DNA of 60,062 nucleotides from Patescibacteria group bacterium (GCA_040900165.1 JBBDZM010000015.1:5383-65444); one strand, 5' to 3'; shown: positions 9,656 to 19,664, numbered from the stretch's first letter. The notes: generated by a model from the sequence alone, not told the origin. Program-made: numbers and translations.

Positions 9656-11752
9656 CTATACCTTTGCCAAGGAAATTCGGCCGCGGTCTGGGTCGACGTC
9701 TTTGACTTTGACGGTTAGGGTGTCGCCAATTTTAACAACGTCAGAGACGTTTTGAACAAACTGGCCGTTGCCCAGCGCCGAGATATGAATCATGCCGTCG
9801 CGGTTGGGAGTTAGCTGAACGATCGCCCCAATTTCTTTGCCGGAGTTGCGGTCTTTGACGATTTGAACCACCGGACCGGTAAACTCTTGGCCAAGCTCAA
9901 TCGGTTTGCCGATTCCTTCGACAATTTCTTTAGCGGCGGCGGCGACTTTGGCGTCAGCGGTAGTAATCATCACCGTGCCGTCGTCGTCGATATCAATGCC
10001 CAGCACATCCGGGCCGCCGTGCTCATCAATAATCTTGTTGATAGTTTTGCCGCCCGGGCCAATTAACTCGCCGATTTTCTCGGGGTCAATCTTGCAGGTA
10101 ATAATTTTTGGCGCGTACGGCGAGAGTTCCTTGCGTGGCTCGGCGATAACTTTCAGCATCGCTGCCATAATCTGCTCGCGGCCTTTCAGCCCATCGACAA
10201 ATGTCTGGTGAATCATCTCGGCGGTTAGGCCGTTGTTTTTAACGTCCAACTGGATAGCGGTGATGCCTTTTTGGGTACCGGCAATTTTAAAGTCCATCTC
10301 CCCGGCAAAGTCTTCCAGGCCCTGGAGGTCGGTTAATACCTGGAAATTACTGTCAGATTCAGCGACCAAGCCCATGGCAATACCGGCCACCGGGGCTTTA
10401 ATCGGGACACCAGCGTCCATCAGCGCCAACGTCGAGCCGCAAGTTGCGGCCATCGAGCTTGAGCCGTTCGAGCCAAGGGTCTCGGAGACTAAACGAATCG
10501 TGTAAGGAAATGTTTCGCGATCGGGAATCATTGGGATCAGGGCTTTTTCGGCCAGAGCGCCGTGGCCGATTTCCCGGCGGTTCATGCCGCCCATTCGCTT
10601 AATTTCGCCGGTTGAGTACGGCGGGAAATTATAGTGGTGGATGTAGCGTTTTTTGCCGAACTGCTCGAGGGTATCAATCCACTGTTCCTGGCTGGGGCCG
10701 GCGAGCGTCGCAATCGTTAAGGCCTGGGTTTCGCCGCGATTAAACAAACCGGAGCCGTGCACTCGGGGCAGCAAGCCAACTTCCATGGAGAGCTCGCGGA
10801 CTTCGTCCATTTTTCGGCCGTCGGGCCGCTGTTTTTGCTCGATAATCATCGCCCGAACGGCTTTTAGGAAATAGGCGTCAACGGCTTCGGCTACTTGGGC
10901 GGCGTCAAACTGCTCGGCCAATTCTTTGGTTAATTTAGCGGTTAATTCGCCGATCTTTTCTTTGCGAGCGGAGTAGTCGGTTTCTTTGACGATTTCCTGG
11001 AGCTCGCTCCAGGCTTTTTTCTTGATAACATCCCAGTGCTCGGGATCGGTATGAACAATTTTTTCTTTGTCTTTGTTAATAAATACTTCCTGGGGAGCAA
11101 TGGCGGCGGCGATGGCAGCTTGGGCAAAAGTGAGGGCTTCTTCCATCTCTTTTTCGGGAATCTCCAGCGAAGCCACTTCAATCATCGTAATTTTGTTGGT
11201 GGTACCGGCGGCCAACAGGTCGAGATCGCTTTTTTCCATTTCCTCGTTGGTCGGGCTCAAAATTAGCTTGCCGTCCACCCGGCCCACCTTAACGGCGGCC
11301 ACCGGCCCGTTAAACGGAGCGTCCGTCTGCATTAGAGCGGCGGATGCGCCAACTACTGCCATGGCCGAAGTGTCGTGAGTATCGTCGTAGGAAAGGGTGG
11401 TGGCGATAATCTGCACTTCTCGGCGAAAGCCCTTGGGAAACATTGGGCGAATTGAGCGATCAATAATCCGGCCACGCAAGACGGCGTCTTCACTTGGCCG
11501 ACCCTCGCGCTTCATAAATTTCGAGCTGGATATTTTGCCGGCGGCGTACATCCGCTCCTCGTAATCAACAGTCATTGGGAAAAAGTCAGTGCCTTCGCGC
11601 GCTTCACTAGCCACGACGACCGTTACTAACAGAACTGTCTCGCCTTGAGTAACAACGACAGAGCCGCTCGCCTGTTTAGCGAGTTTGCCGGATTCAATTT
11701 TTAAGTCAGTGGCGCCAAAGGGAATTGTGGTGGAGTTTTTGGAAACTGACAT
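9656..11752 (-). CDS. pnp: polyribonucleotide nucleotidyltransferase (PNPase)
   Basis: 698 aa with two RNase PH domains plus KH (GPGGKTINKI) and S1 (GAIVQL...GMIHIS). Confidence 0.97.
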   Translation of the reverse strand: MSVSKNSTTIPFGATDLKIESGKLAKQASGSVVVTQGETVLLVTVVVASEAREGTDFFPMTVDYEERMYAAGKISSSKFMKREGRPSEDAVLRGRIIDRSIRPMFPKGFRREVQIIATTLSYDDTHDTSAMAVVGASAALMQTDAPFNGPVAAVKVGRVDGKLILSPTNEEMEKSDLDLLAAGTTNKITMIEVASLEIPEKEMEEALTFAQAAIAAAIAPQEVFINKDKEKIVHTDPEHWDVIKKKAWSELQEIVKETDYSARKEKIGELTAKLTKELAEQFDAAQVAEAVDAYFLKAVRAMIIEQKQRPDGRKMDEVRELSMEVGLLPRVHGSGLFNRGETQALTIATLAGPSQEQWIDTLEQFGKKRYIHHYNFPPYSTGEIKRMGGMNRREIGHGALAEKALIPMIPDRETFPYTIRLVSETLGSNGSSSMAATCGSTLALMDAGVPIKAPVAGIAMGLVAESDSNFQVLTDLQGLEDFAGEMDFKIAGTQKGITAIQLDVKNNGLTAEMIHQTFVDGLKGREQIMAAMLKVIAEPRKELSPYAPKIITCKIDPEKIGELIGPGGKTINKIIDEHGGPDVLGIDIDDDGTVMITTADAKVAAAAKEIVEGIGKPIELGQEFTGPVVQIVKDRNSGKEIGAIVQLTPNRDGMIHISALGNGQFVQNVSDVVKIGDTLTVKVKDVDPDRGRISLAKV

Positions 11753-11756
11753 CCCC

Positions 11757-12026
11757 TTACTTTCGCAGACCCAACGAAGTGATTAATTTTTTGTAGGAAT
11801 CAGCTTGTTTTTTCTCGAGATACGAGAGCAAACTACGGCGGTGGCTAATCATTTTTAGCAGTCCCATTCGCGAATCGGTATCTTTCTTATGAGCCGAAAG
11901 ATGCTTGGAGAGCTGATCGATCTTCTCGGTTAGAACCGCTACCTGGACCTCGGTGGAGCCGGTGTCTTTGGCGTTGCGCTGAAATTTCTTGATAGTTTTT
12001 TCTTTTTTGGTGGATTTCTTTGTCAT
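11757..12026 (-). CDS. rpsO: 30S ribosomal protein S15
   Basis: 89 aa with GSTEVQVAVLTEKI..L..HL..HKKD..SR.GLL motifs, immediately upstream of pnp. Confidence 0.95.
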   Translation of the reverse strand: MTKKSTKKEKTIKKFQRNAKDTGSTEVQVAVLTEKIDQLSKHLSAHKKDTDSRMGLLKMISHRRSLLSYLEKKQADSYKKLITSLGLRK

Positions 12027-12063
12027 GCTTAGAAATAAATTCTACCAGAGTTTTCTAACGGGT

Positions 12064-13239
12064 TCAACTGGTTCGAGAAGCTTTGGAGTGACGGCGGGCA
12101 ATCTCTTCGGTAATTGATTTAATTATTTCCGGCTCTTTTTCATCGAGCGTTCCTGGGATGCTAAAGCCGGAAGCCGGTGTATGTCCGCCGCCACCAAATA
12201 GCTGGGCGACCTCGGCCACATTAAAGCCGCTCTTGACCGAGCGCAAACTACCGTTAACCCGGCCTTCTTTTTCACTTAGCAGAAAAACAAAATCAACATC
12301 GGCAACATTCTTGAGTAGTTCATCGATTAGCTCGCCCTTGGAGACTTTTTCGGAGCCAGTGACTTCTTTGATCTCCCGCTCCCGAATCGATGCCCAAGCA
12401 AAACCCAGTTCTTGATTCTCGACAATGTTGGAGAGAATCCTCCCCCACAGTTTCAGCATCGCCAGGGACTTAGTCCGAAAAACTTTATCAATAATTTCCT
12501 GTTGATGGGCACCAGCCGCTACCAGCTGGGCGGCCACGGTTAAGGATTTGGGCGTGGTTGAGGGATTCTGAAAGCTGCCGGTATCGGTGATTAGGCCTGT
12601 TAGTAAACAAGTGGCGATATTCTCATCTAGTAGAGTTTCGTTGCGACCAAGCGCTTCTATCAAAGATAGTAGGATCTCGGCAGTGGCTGTTGATGTCATA
12701 TCGACCCAGTTAACCTTGGCAAAATAGGAATTGGTGCTGTGATGGTCGATCGAGACGGTCGGAACTTCGTAGAGTAGATCCGGGTGCTTGGTTAGGACAT
12801 CGCCAAGACGGTCTTGGTCGGCGCAGTCAAGGATAACCACCAGGTCGTATTTTGGTCGGGCGCGGGTAACGGTGATATCTTCTGGCACCAGCGTGCCCTT
12901 TTGGGGCGAGACGATAATTGTTACCTGGTGTTTTTCCGGTAGTTTTTTGTGACCTAAGCGCAGATCCTCACCGGTCGAGCGGGTATCAATAGTTAGTACT
13001 AGTTCGTTACCGCTATCGAGTTCGGTTTTAGCTTCGGCAAAGCCCGGCAAAAACTTGAGATTCTCGGCCACTTCGCCGGTGAATATAACATCAACTTTCT
13101 TTTTGAGCTTTAACAAAGATAGTCGTAGACCAAGCGACGAGCCAATGGCATCGCCGTCTGGATCGCCGTGAGTCAGGATTAGAATAGAGTCGGCGCTGCG
13201 GATTAGTTCAACAATTTGCGCTTTGGGCGTTACTTCCAT
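12064..13239 (-). CDS. DHH/DHHA1 phosphoesterase (NrnA-like)
   Basis: DHH motifs HGDPDGDAIGS and DHH(S), plus the DHHA1 motif GGGGH. Confidence 0.8.
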   Translation of the reverse strand: MEVTPKAQIVELIRSADSILILTHGDPDGDAIGSSLGLRLSLLKLKKKVDVIFTGEVAENLKFLPGFAEAKTELDSGNELVLTIDTRSTGEDLRLGHKKLPEKHQVTIIVSPQKGTLVPEDITVTRARPKYDLVVILDCADQDRLGDVLTKHPDLLYEVPTVSIDHHSTNSYFAKVNWVDMTSTATAEILLSLIEALGRNETLLDENIATCLLTGLITDTGSFQNPSTTPKSLTVAAQLVAAGAHQQEIIDKVFRTKSLAMLKLWGRILSNIVENQELGFAWASIREREIKEVTGSEKVSKGELIDELLKNVADVDFVFLLSEKEGRVNGSLRSVKSGFNVAEVAQLFGGGGHTPASGFSIPGTLDEKEPEIIKSITEEIARRHSKASRTS

Positions 13240-13413
13240 TTAACGAAGCTTTCTAGTGAGTTAATTCGAAGCATTGCTTAAGATTTTGAAAAAATTATTA
13301 TTTTTGAAAAAGAAAGCAGTGATAGAGTTGTTGGCCTTGCCTTAAAGGTCACTGCTTTCATACTGAAGTCAGTATAGCGGAAAATTGATTCTCATCAAGG
13401 TTGCCGTGACGGG

Positions 13414-13442
13414 TTTACAGGGGTGGGCTAATTCGTTATAAT
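13414..13442 (+). promoter_or_regulatory. sigma70-type promoter for rpsT
   Basis: TTTACA (13414-13419), a 17-nt spacer, then TATAAT (13437-13442), 75 nt upstream of the rpsT ATG. Confidence 0.55.
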
Positions 13443-13516
13443 TTCCAAGTAATGCCAACTAGTGACAGCGCCGTGCTGGAGCTAGTGGCTTATGAAATAA
13501 TATAAAAGAAATACAT

Positions 13517-13870
13517 ATGCCAATTAGCAAATCCGCCAAAAAAGCCCTCCGCGTTAGCAACCGCAAAGCGTCTGTTAACCGCCACCGCAAGGCTCTCGTC
13601 AAAGAGGCCCTCAAAAACGTCGACGGCAAAACTATCAACAAAGCTGTCTCGATGATAGCCCCCGATAAGGAAGGGCTTAGCAGAGCTTTCTCTGCTATTG
13701 ACAAGGGCGTCAAATGGGGTATTTTCCACGCTAACAAAGCTGCTCGCCTCAAGAGCCAGCTCTCCAAGAAAATCGACACTAAGCCAGCAAAAGAAAAGAC
13801 CGCCACCAAGGCTAAATCAAAAACTGCTGTCAAGGCCAAAAAAGCTCCGAGCAAAACCAAGAAATCTTAG
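13517..13870 (+). CDS. rpsT: 30S ribosomal protein S20 with a Lys/Ala-rich C-terminal tail
   Basis: The N-terminus (MPISKSAKKALRVSNRKASVNRHRKALVK) is typical of S20. A tail of about 30 aa (KPAKEKTATKAKSKTAVKAKKAPSKTKKS) is appended. Confidence 0.9.
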   Translation: MPISKSAKKALRVSNRKASVNRHRKALVKEALKNVDGKTINKAVSMIAPDKEGLSRAFSAIDKGVKWGIFHANKAARLKSQLSKKIDTKPAKEKTATKAKSKTAVKAKKAPSKTKKS

Positions 13871-13927
13871 TCCGTCGCTCCTGACGGATTGGCGTTAGCC
13901 AACCACTCGAAAACTTCGTACACTGGA

Positions 13928-14485
13928 ATGGTGAGAGATACACGATTCCTTGGTCTATCCCTAAACATCTTTGCCCTAGTGCGCACCGCGCTACTAATTA
14001 TCGTTGTCGTGGCATCACTAATTATTTTTGTCGGCGTTCCCCTGCCTGTTAGCGGCAACAGTATGGTGCCAAATTTCCAGTCCGGGGAATTGGTAGTGGT
14101 CGAAAAGCTTAGTTATTGGAGCGATAAACCAATTAAACGCGGCGATGTCGTGGCCGCCAAATTCCCGGCCGACCCTCAAAAAACCCGCTTGATTAAACGA
14201 GTTATTGGCCTACCCGGTGAGCTAATCGAGTATCGGGACCAGACATTCTACATTGATCATAAAAAACTACTTGAGGGCTACGATATCACCGCCGGCGAGC
14301 CACCCTATCAAGAGCTAACGACAGTACTGCTCAAGTCTGATGAGTATTTCCTGGTTGGCGATAATCGCCCAGGCTCGAGCGACTCCCGCTTGTGGGGAGC
14401 AGCTCAACGACAGGATATTCAAGGCCGGGTGGCCTTTGTGCTGTTCCCGATCGCCAATATCCGCTATATCGACCGTTTTCTTTAA
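13928..14485 (+). CDS. lepB: signal peptidase I
   Basis: GNSMVPNF (catalytic Ser), RGDVV, and the GDNRPGSSDSRLWG box. The track ORF starts at TTG 13889. ATG 13928 precedes the TM helix. Confidence 0.85.
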   Translation: MVRDTRFLGLSLNIFALVRTALLIIVVVASLIIFVGVPLPVSGNSMVPNFQSGELVVVEKLSYWSDKPIKRGDVVAAKFPADPQKTRLIKRVIGLPGELIEYRDQTFYIDHKKLLEGYDITAGEPPYQELTTVLLKSDEYFLVGDNRPGSSDSRLWGAAQRQDIQGRVAFVLFPIANIRYIDRFL

Positions 14486-14616
14486 CGAAAACGACGTTTT
14501 GCGCAGCCGCAATATCGACCGTTTTCTTTAACGAAAACGACGTTTTGCGCAGCCGCAATATCGACCGTTTTCTTTAACGAAAACGACGCTTTGCGCAGCC
14601 GCATATCGACCGCTTC
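14466..14616. repeat. 46-bp tandem repeat, about 3.3 copies, each with a hairpin
   Basis: Unit is ATATCGACCGTTTTCTTTAACGAAAACGACGTTTTGCGCAGCCGCA at 14466, 14512 and 14558 (1 mismatch), plus a partial fourth copy. Copy 1 encodes the last lepB codons and the stop. Each unit has CGTTTTC-TTTAAC-GAAAACG. Confidence 0.9.
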
Positions 14617-14619
14617 TAA

Positions 14620-16140
14620 TTACCGGCTAGCCGGTTGAGTTGTCACCGTTAAGACGTGGGAAAGGTAGCCAAATAACGGAAAGATTTTGTTTGCAAACTG
14701 ATCGACAGTGTTAATGTTGGCGGCGATATACCAGTCCGGCTGGAAGAACGGCAAATCGTAAAAACGCCTGGTCCACTCGCTTTCTACCTCAAAGACCACG
14801 GCGTACGGCAAGTAGGCCAGGTACTTTTCTTGACTGTGAGCGGCATAGTTGATCGGCTCTTTGGAGGTTAGATAATTGGAGAAACCTAACCATTTGGCTA
14901 GCTCCCTGTCCCCGTAAATTGTTCGGGCCGGGATTCCCCGGGAGAACCAAAACACCAGTAACGCCGAGATAATCATTCCCAGCCAGAAAAATAAAAATAA
15001 CTGGGCGCCGCTAATGAGAAAGAGATTGACGAAAAAGCCAGCAACCCCTAATAAAAACATTAATAACCCGGCAATTTGGTAGCGCAGATGTAGGCGCAAC
15101 GGATTAGTATTAAAGAACCCTAAATCACCGATTTTTTTATAGGCCAAAATAAACGACTGACTAACCCGCTTGCTAAAGACTTCTTGAGCCAGTGAAAAAT
15201 TAATTTCCTCAGCGCTGGTTTGGTTGTTGCTTGTACCGAATATTTGGTCGAGCAGGGCTTGTTCAAAATCCTCCAGCTTGTCGACGCCGTCCTGGCGGCG
15301 AAATCGAAAATCGTCGCTGGAGAGATGGCGGATCACCAAATGCCCTCGTCTGGCTAAATCTAGTAGCGTTGCCGCCACTTCCCGGTTGGTTAGCCGCCCT
15401 CGCAAAAGAATCCCCACCAATGCTGGAGCTAACCGGCTCGGCGGCTGTTCAATCACTTGCCGTATTGAGCCCACTCGCCGGTTACGAGCCAGAGTCGTAA
15501 TCAACAGTATCAACGCCGCCAGAGCCGGCAAGGCAATCGAAACCCCCGCCCAGAGCGCCGGTGGCAGCTGGGTGAGGCGTTCCCGTAGTTGAAAAATGGC
15601 GCTACGGCTAATAAAAGCTTGGGGTACCTCGAACTCAATTGCTAACTGCGACTGCGGTGAGATATTTGTCGCCGTGAACAACAGCGTCCGGGCATCGTAC
15701 AGACTCGCTTGCGCCGTATCGGCGCCGCCGTTATTAATCATCCGGTAGCCAACGGTGTCCTCGGTGCCGTTAAACGGCAGTCGGACGACAAAATTTAACT
15801 CCGAGATAAACTCTGTCGGGGTATCTACTACTTGTAGCCGAAAACGGTAAGTTGTGTCGCCTTTAAAAATTTCCGCTCCAGCACGCGTTTTCCCGAGATA
15901 GACGTTGCCGTCACTGGCCAAGTCATAGTAAACGGTACTTTCGGGATTGCCGGTGTAGCCAAACGACTCGACTGGGTCATCAGCTCGCAAGGAGCGCATT
16001 TGGAACAGCACCAATAGCGCCACAAAAATTAACAAATAAATCCCAAGCGAGCGTTTATACAAACCGACGGACTTAAATAGTCCTCCAACGACACTCTCGC
16101 CGTTTACCCGCCTAGATTCTCCTCCCATTGCTCCTCCCAT
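14620..16140 (-). CDS. DUF2207-like membrane protein
   Basis: N-terminal TM, a beta-rich extracellular domain, a cluster of C-terminal TM helices and an aromatic-rich tail, which is the DUF2207-type architecture. Start is uncertain (overlaps the holA end). Confidence 0.55.
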   Translation of the reverse strand: MGGAMGGESRRVNGESVVGGLFKSVGLYKRSLGIYLLIFVALLVLFQMRSLRADDPVESFGYTGNPESTVYYDLASDGNVYLGKTRAGAEIFKGDTTYRFRLQVVDTPTEFISELNFVVRLPFNGTEDTVGYRMINNGGADTAQASLYDARTLLFTATNISPQSQLAIEFEVPQAFISRSAIFQLRERLTQLPPALWAGVSIALPALAALILLITTLARNRRVGSIRQVIEQPPSRLAPALVGILLRGRLTNREVAATLLDLARRGHLVIRHLSSDDFRFRRQDGVDKLEDFEQALLDQIFGTSNNQTSAEEINFSLAQEVFSKRVSQSFILAYKKIGDLGFFNTNPLRLHLRYQIAGLLMFLLGVAGFFVNLFLISGAQLFLFFWLGMIISALLVFWFSRGIPARTIYGDRELAKWLGFSNYLTSKEPINYAAHSQEKYLAYLPYAVVFEVESEWTRRFYDLPFFQPDWYIAANINTVDQFANKIFPLFGYLSHVLTVTTQPASR

Positions 16141-16961
16141 ACTACCCGTTTTTGACGAGATTTTGGTAGGTCGGTGCGCATCAAGGCAATTGCCGAGCTC
16201 TCATCGATTAACCCGGTTTTTAGACCCAAGTCCAAATCGGCTAGTGTATTGACCAGCTCTCGGTAATTGGCCGGCTGGTTAGACTTACGAATGGCCGAGG
16301 CTATTGAACCAATCAACAGCTCGATTGGTACTCCCGCCGCGTGATCTTTAAGCAGCAATTTTTTAGCTTGAAGCCAGTTGCCGGTTTGGACGGCCCGATA
16401 AAAGGCAAACGGCTCGCTGGCCCTGACCTTGCTCTGGCTCTGCTCGCTACCAAGCGACATTACGGCTAATTCGGTTTCCATTCCCCAGAGATCGTTGCCA
16501 AAATCACCCTGCAGCCGATTTTTCTGCTCGCCGGTTAACGCTATTTGATGATGTTTGGATCGAGCATCGATATGCTTGGCCAGCGCCAAACCGGTAAGAG
16601 GGGCGGTGTTGATTTTTTTTACCGAGGTCGCCGAAAGTCTATCGAGCAATTGGCCTTTTTTGAGTGGCTTGCCGTCCCAAATCACTACTACCGAGCTCTC
16701 TGGCAAATTGGAGAGATAATTGGCCAAGCTTTCCTGCTCGCTAGTAATTAAAGCGCTAACTTGGCGAATAAAAATCAGCCGGTTCTGGGCAAAGAGCGGT
16801 GCTGCCCGCAGATCCGCCCAGTTAATCGGTTGTTCGCTGGCATCAGCGTCCATCAGCTCAACGCCGTCAGGATTCTTGGCCAGATACTTGTCTTTGAGCT
16901 GGCGGATAATCTGATGAGCTAAAAAACTTTCGTTACCTTGAATAAAGATTAGCATGGCCAC
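16104..16961 (-). CDS. holA: DNA polymerase III subunit delta
   Basis: 285 aa with an N-terminus (MLIFIQGNESFL..., ...LFAQNRLIFIR) typical of HolA, directly downstream of polA. ATG at 16955 is an alternative start. Confidence 0.7.
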   Translation of the reverse strand: MAMLIFIQGNESFLAHQIIRQLKDKYLAKNPDGVELMDADASEQPINWADLRAAPLFAQNRLIFIRQVSALITSEQESLANYLSNLPESSVVVIWDGKPLKKGQLLDRLSATSVKKINTAPLTGLALAKHIDARSKHHQIALTGEQKNRLQGDFGNDLWGMETELAVMSLGSEQSQSKVRASEPFAFYRAVQTGNWLQAKKLLLKDHAAGVPIELLIGSIASAIRKSNQPANYRELVNTLADLDLGLKTGLIDESSAIALMRTDLPKSRQKRVVWEEQWEENLGG

Positions 16962-16964
16962 ATC

Positions 16965-19664
16965 CTAGCCAAATTTCGGGTGATGCAGGAGATCGGCCCA
17001 GTTACTGCCGGTTTTAACGTCAACGACCATCGGCACTTTTAGCTCGGCGGCACTGCCCATTATCTCCCGAACTACGCCGGCAACTTTCTCCTCTAACCCC
17101 TTATCAATCTCAAACAACAGTTCGTCGTGAATCTGCAGGAGCATCGCCGCCCCCTCGGGGAGCTGTTCGGCAACTTTGATCATCGATTTCTTCATTAAAT
17201 CGGCCACCGCCCCCTGGCAGGGCATATTAACGGCAATTCGCTCAGCGGCGGCGCGCAACATCATATTGGGCGAGTGAATCTCTGGCAGATACCGACGACG
17301 GCCAAACATCGTCTGGGCGTAGCCGTTCTCCCGAGCAAACTGTTTTGATTTCTCAATAAACTGGCGGACCCCGGGGAATGTCTCAAAATATTTGTCGATA
17401 AAAGCCTTGGCTTCGGTGGTAGGAATCCCTAAATCGTTGGCTAAGGCGTTAGCGCCCAGCCCATAGATAATTCCAAAGTTAATCGCTTTGGCGCTACGCC
17501 GATCGACCATTAGTTTTTCGCCAACCTGCTTGTGAAAGTCTTCTCCAGAGTGGAAAGCCTCAATCAAACCCGGATCCTCACAGAGATGAGCCAACACCCG
17601 CAGTTCGGCCTGGGAGTAATCGGCCCCCAACAAGACCTTACCTTTTTCAGCCACAAAGGCCCGGCGGACTTTATTGCCGAGCTCGGTCCGGATTGGGATA
17701 TTTTGGAGGTTCGGATTGTTGGACGAGAGTCGGCCGGTGGCCGCCCCAATCTGGCCGTAGCTGGTATGGACCCGGTCGTTTTTGTCCATTAGCGCCGGCA
17801 GAGTGTCGATATAGGTATTGAGCAGTTTGGCTAGCTCCCGATACTCTAAAATTAGCTTGATCGCTGGGTGTTTGCCGCGCAGTTTGCTCAAAGAATCGGC
17901 GTCGGTCGAGTAGCCATTTTTGTTCTTTTTGATGCCGACCACCGGCAGGTTTAGTTTGTTAAAAAGCGCGTCCTGGAGCTGGGAGGGCGAGGCGATGTTT
18001 ACCTCGGCGCCCAATTCCTTTTTGGCGGCTTTTTCGATTTTGGCGAGCTGAATTTTGAGCTCTTTGCCCAAATCGATCAGATATTTCCGGTCGATCTTAA
18101 TACCAATCGACTCCATTTTTTCCAGCACCGGCAATAATGGCATCTCGATGTCGTAAAACACCCGCTTGATCCCGGGGGCTTCCAAGTCTTTGTGGCAATG
18201 CTCGAACAACCGCCAGGTAATTAGCACGTCCTCGCAAGAATACGCCGCCAGCTTTTCGATTAGGACGGTCGCCATTGAGACATCTTTACCCTTGCCAATT
18301 AGTTGGGTAATGGAAATCTTTTTAAAGCCCAGCTCGGAAAAAGCGATATCGTCAAGTTTGTGGGAATAGAGTTGGGAGTTGACCAGTTGGGAGGCGATCA
18401 TCGTGTCAAACCAAATCCCTTCCACCTGGAAGCCGGCTCGGCGCAGAACTCCCAAATCGTATTTCAAATTGTGACCAACTTTGCGGATTTGAGCATTTCC
18501 CAATACCTCTTGCAGACCAGCGTGAACTTTCTCTAGCTCGACCCCGCCTGGATAAGCCGGAGCGAGCGGCAGGTAGGCGGCGTCATCAGCAGACCACGCA
18601 AATGCCACCCCAATCAGTTCGCCCTCCAAGTTAACTGTCTCGGTATCAATAGCCAGTATCGGTTGGTTTAACAGAATCGGTTTTAATTCTTCCCAGCGCT
18701 CCAGCGTTGTTACGGCCTCAAACGGCAGCTGGGGCGCGAACTCTGGCTCGGCCGCCTCACTGGTGCCAAACAAACTGCTCTGGCCGCCTTTAGTACCTTC
18801 CGGCAGTTTGGTCAGCAGGGATTTGAAATCGAGCTCGTGAAACAGGCCGACAACTTTCGAAAAGTCGAAGTTTTTAACGTCAGCTTCTTTTAAGTCCAAA
18901 TCGATTTTCAGATCTTTCTTAATCTCGGCCAGCTCCTGGCTCATCAACACCTGCTTTTTGTTATCGCGCAGGATGGTGGCTGTCCGCTCTTTCAGCTCGT
19001 CCAAATGCTCGTAAACCCCGGCCAAAGTTTGATATTTCCCCAGCAACTCAACGGCGGTTTTCGGGCCAATTCCTGGAGCCCCGGGAATATTGTCGGAGCT
19101 ATCGCCGGCCAGGGCTTTGTAATCAACAATCTGCTCCGGAAAAACGCCGACTTTGGCCTTGACGGCCGCTCGGTCGTAGGTGAGCGTGTCAGTTACTCCC
19201 CGGCGCAAGGAGTAAACGGAAACCATATCGCCCACCAGCTGGAGGGCGTCGTTGTCGCCGGTGACAATCACTGCCTGAATACCTTGCTCCTTGGCAATGT
19301 GGGCAAGTGAGCCAACTAAGTCGTCGGCCTCCACCCCTTTTTGGGCAAAGAGCGGGATATTAAGCACTTCAACGATTTCCTTGACCCGAGGGATCTGCAA
19401 AGTTAAGGCGTGGTCGGTTTCTTGGCGATGAGCTTTGTAGCCGTCAAATATTTTGTTGCGGAAAGTTTCTTTGCCGACATCAAAACAGGCCACGACGTAG
19501 TCGGGCTTTTCGTCTTTAATTGCTTTCAATAGTGCGTTGGCAAAGCCGTAGACGGCGTTCACTTGCTCGCCCTTGGGCGTGGTTAACGGCGGAATGGCGT
19601 GAAACGACCGGTGAATTAAGGCATTGGAATCCAACAATAAAATCTTCGGCAACCCCTTTGACAT
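16965..19664 (-). CDS. polA: DNA polymerase I
   Basis: 5'-nuclease domain (LLLDSNALIHRSFHA, GIGPKTA), 3'-5' exo-like domain, and polymerase motifs DYSQAELRVLAH, RRSAKAINFGIIYG and QIHDELLFE. ATG at 19664 (MSKGLPK) is preferred over the longer track ORF. Confidence 0.95.
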   Translation of the reverse strand: MSKGLPKILLLDSNALIHRSFHAIPPLTTPKGEQVNAVYGFANALLKAIKDEKPDYVVACFDVGKETFRNKIFDGYKAHRQETDHALTLQIPRVKEIVEVLNIPLFAQKGVEADDLVGSLAHIAKEQGIQAVIVTGDNDALQLVGDMVSVYSLRRGVTDTLTYDRAAVKAKVGVFPEQIVDYKALAGDSSDNIPGAPGIGPKTAVELLGKYQTLAGVYEHLDELKERTATILRDNKKQVLMSQELAEIKKDLKIDLDLKEADVKNFDFSKVVGLFHELDFKSLLTKLPEGTKGGQSSLFGTSEAAEPEFAPQLPFEAVTTLERWEELKPILLNQPILAIDTETVNLEGELIGVAFAWSADDAAYLPLAPAYPGGVELEKVHAGLQEVLGNAQIRKVGHNLKYDLGVLRRAGFQVEGIWFDTMIASQLVNSQLYSHKLDDIAFSELGFKKISITQLIGKGKDVSMATVLIEKLAAYSCEDVLITWRLFEHCHKDLEAPGIKRVFYDIEMPLLPVLEKMESIGIKIDRKYLIDLGKELKIQLAKIEKAAKKELGAEVNIASPSQLQDALFNKLNLPVVGIKKNKNGYSTDADSLSKLRGKHPAIKLILEYRELAKLLNTYIDTLPALMDKNDRVHTSYGQIGAATGRLSSNNPNLQNIPIRTELGNKVRRAFVAEKGKVLLGADYSQAELRVLAHLCEDPGLIEAFHSGEDFHKQVGEKLMVDRRSAKAINFGIIYGLGANALANDLGIPTTEAKAFIDKYFETFPGVRQFIEKSKQFARENGYAQTMFGRRRYLPEIHSPNMMLRAAAERIAVNMPCQGAVADLMKKSMIKVAEQLPEGAAMLLQIHDELLFEIDKGLEEKVAGVVREIMGSAAELKVPMVVDVKTGSNWADLLHHPKFG

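Noticed and set aside
13240-13413. Two hairpins (AAAGCAGTGA...TCACTGCTTT and ATACTG-AAGT-CAGTAT) in the nrnA-rpsT divergent spacer as an SRP-like or other known ncRNA
   Set aside because: No conserved motif of 4.5S, 6S, RNase P RNA or tmRNA could be matched by eye. They may simply be promoter-region structure.
13459-13860. 133-aa minus-strand ORF opposite rpsT
   Set aside because: The plus-strand frame is an unmistakable S20. The antisense ORF is a by-product of Lys/Ala-codon-rich sequence.
14466-14616. Possible CRISPR array (regular 46-bp repeats)
   Set aside because: The units are directly tandem with no unique spacers, only about 3.3 copies are present, and no cas genes are nearby. Copy 1 is part of the lepB coding end.
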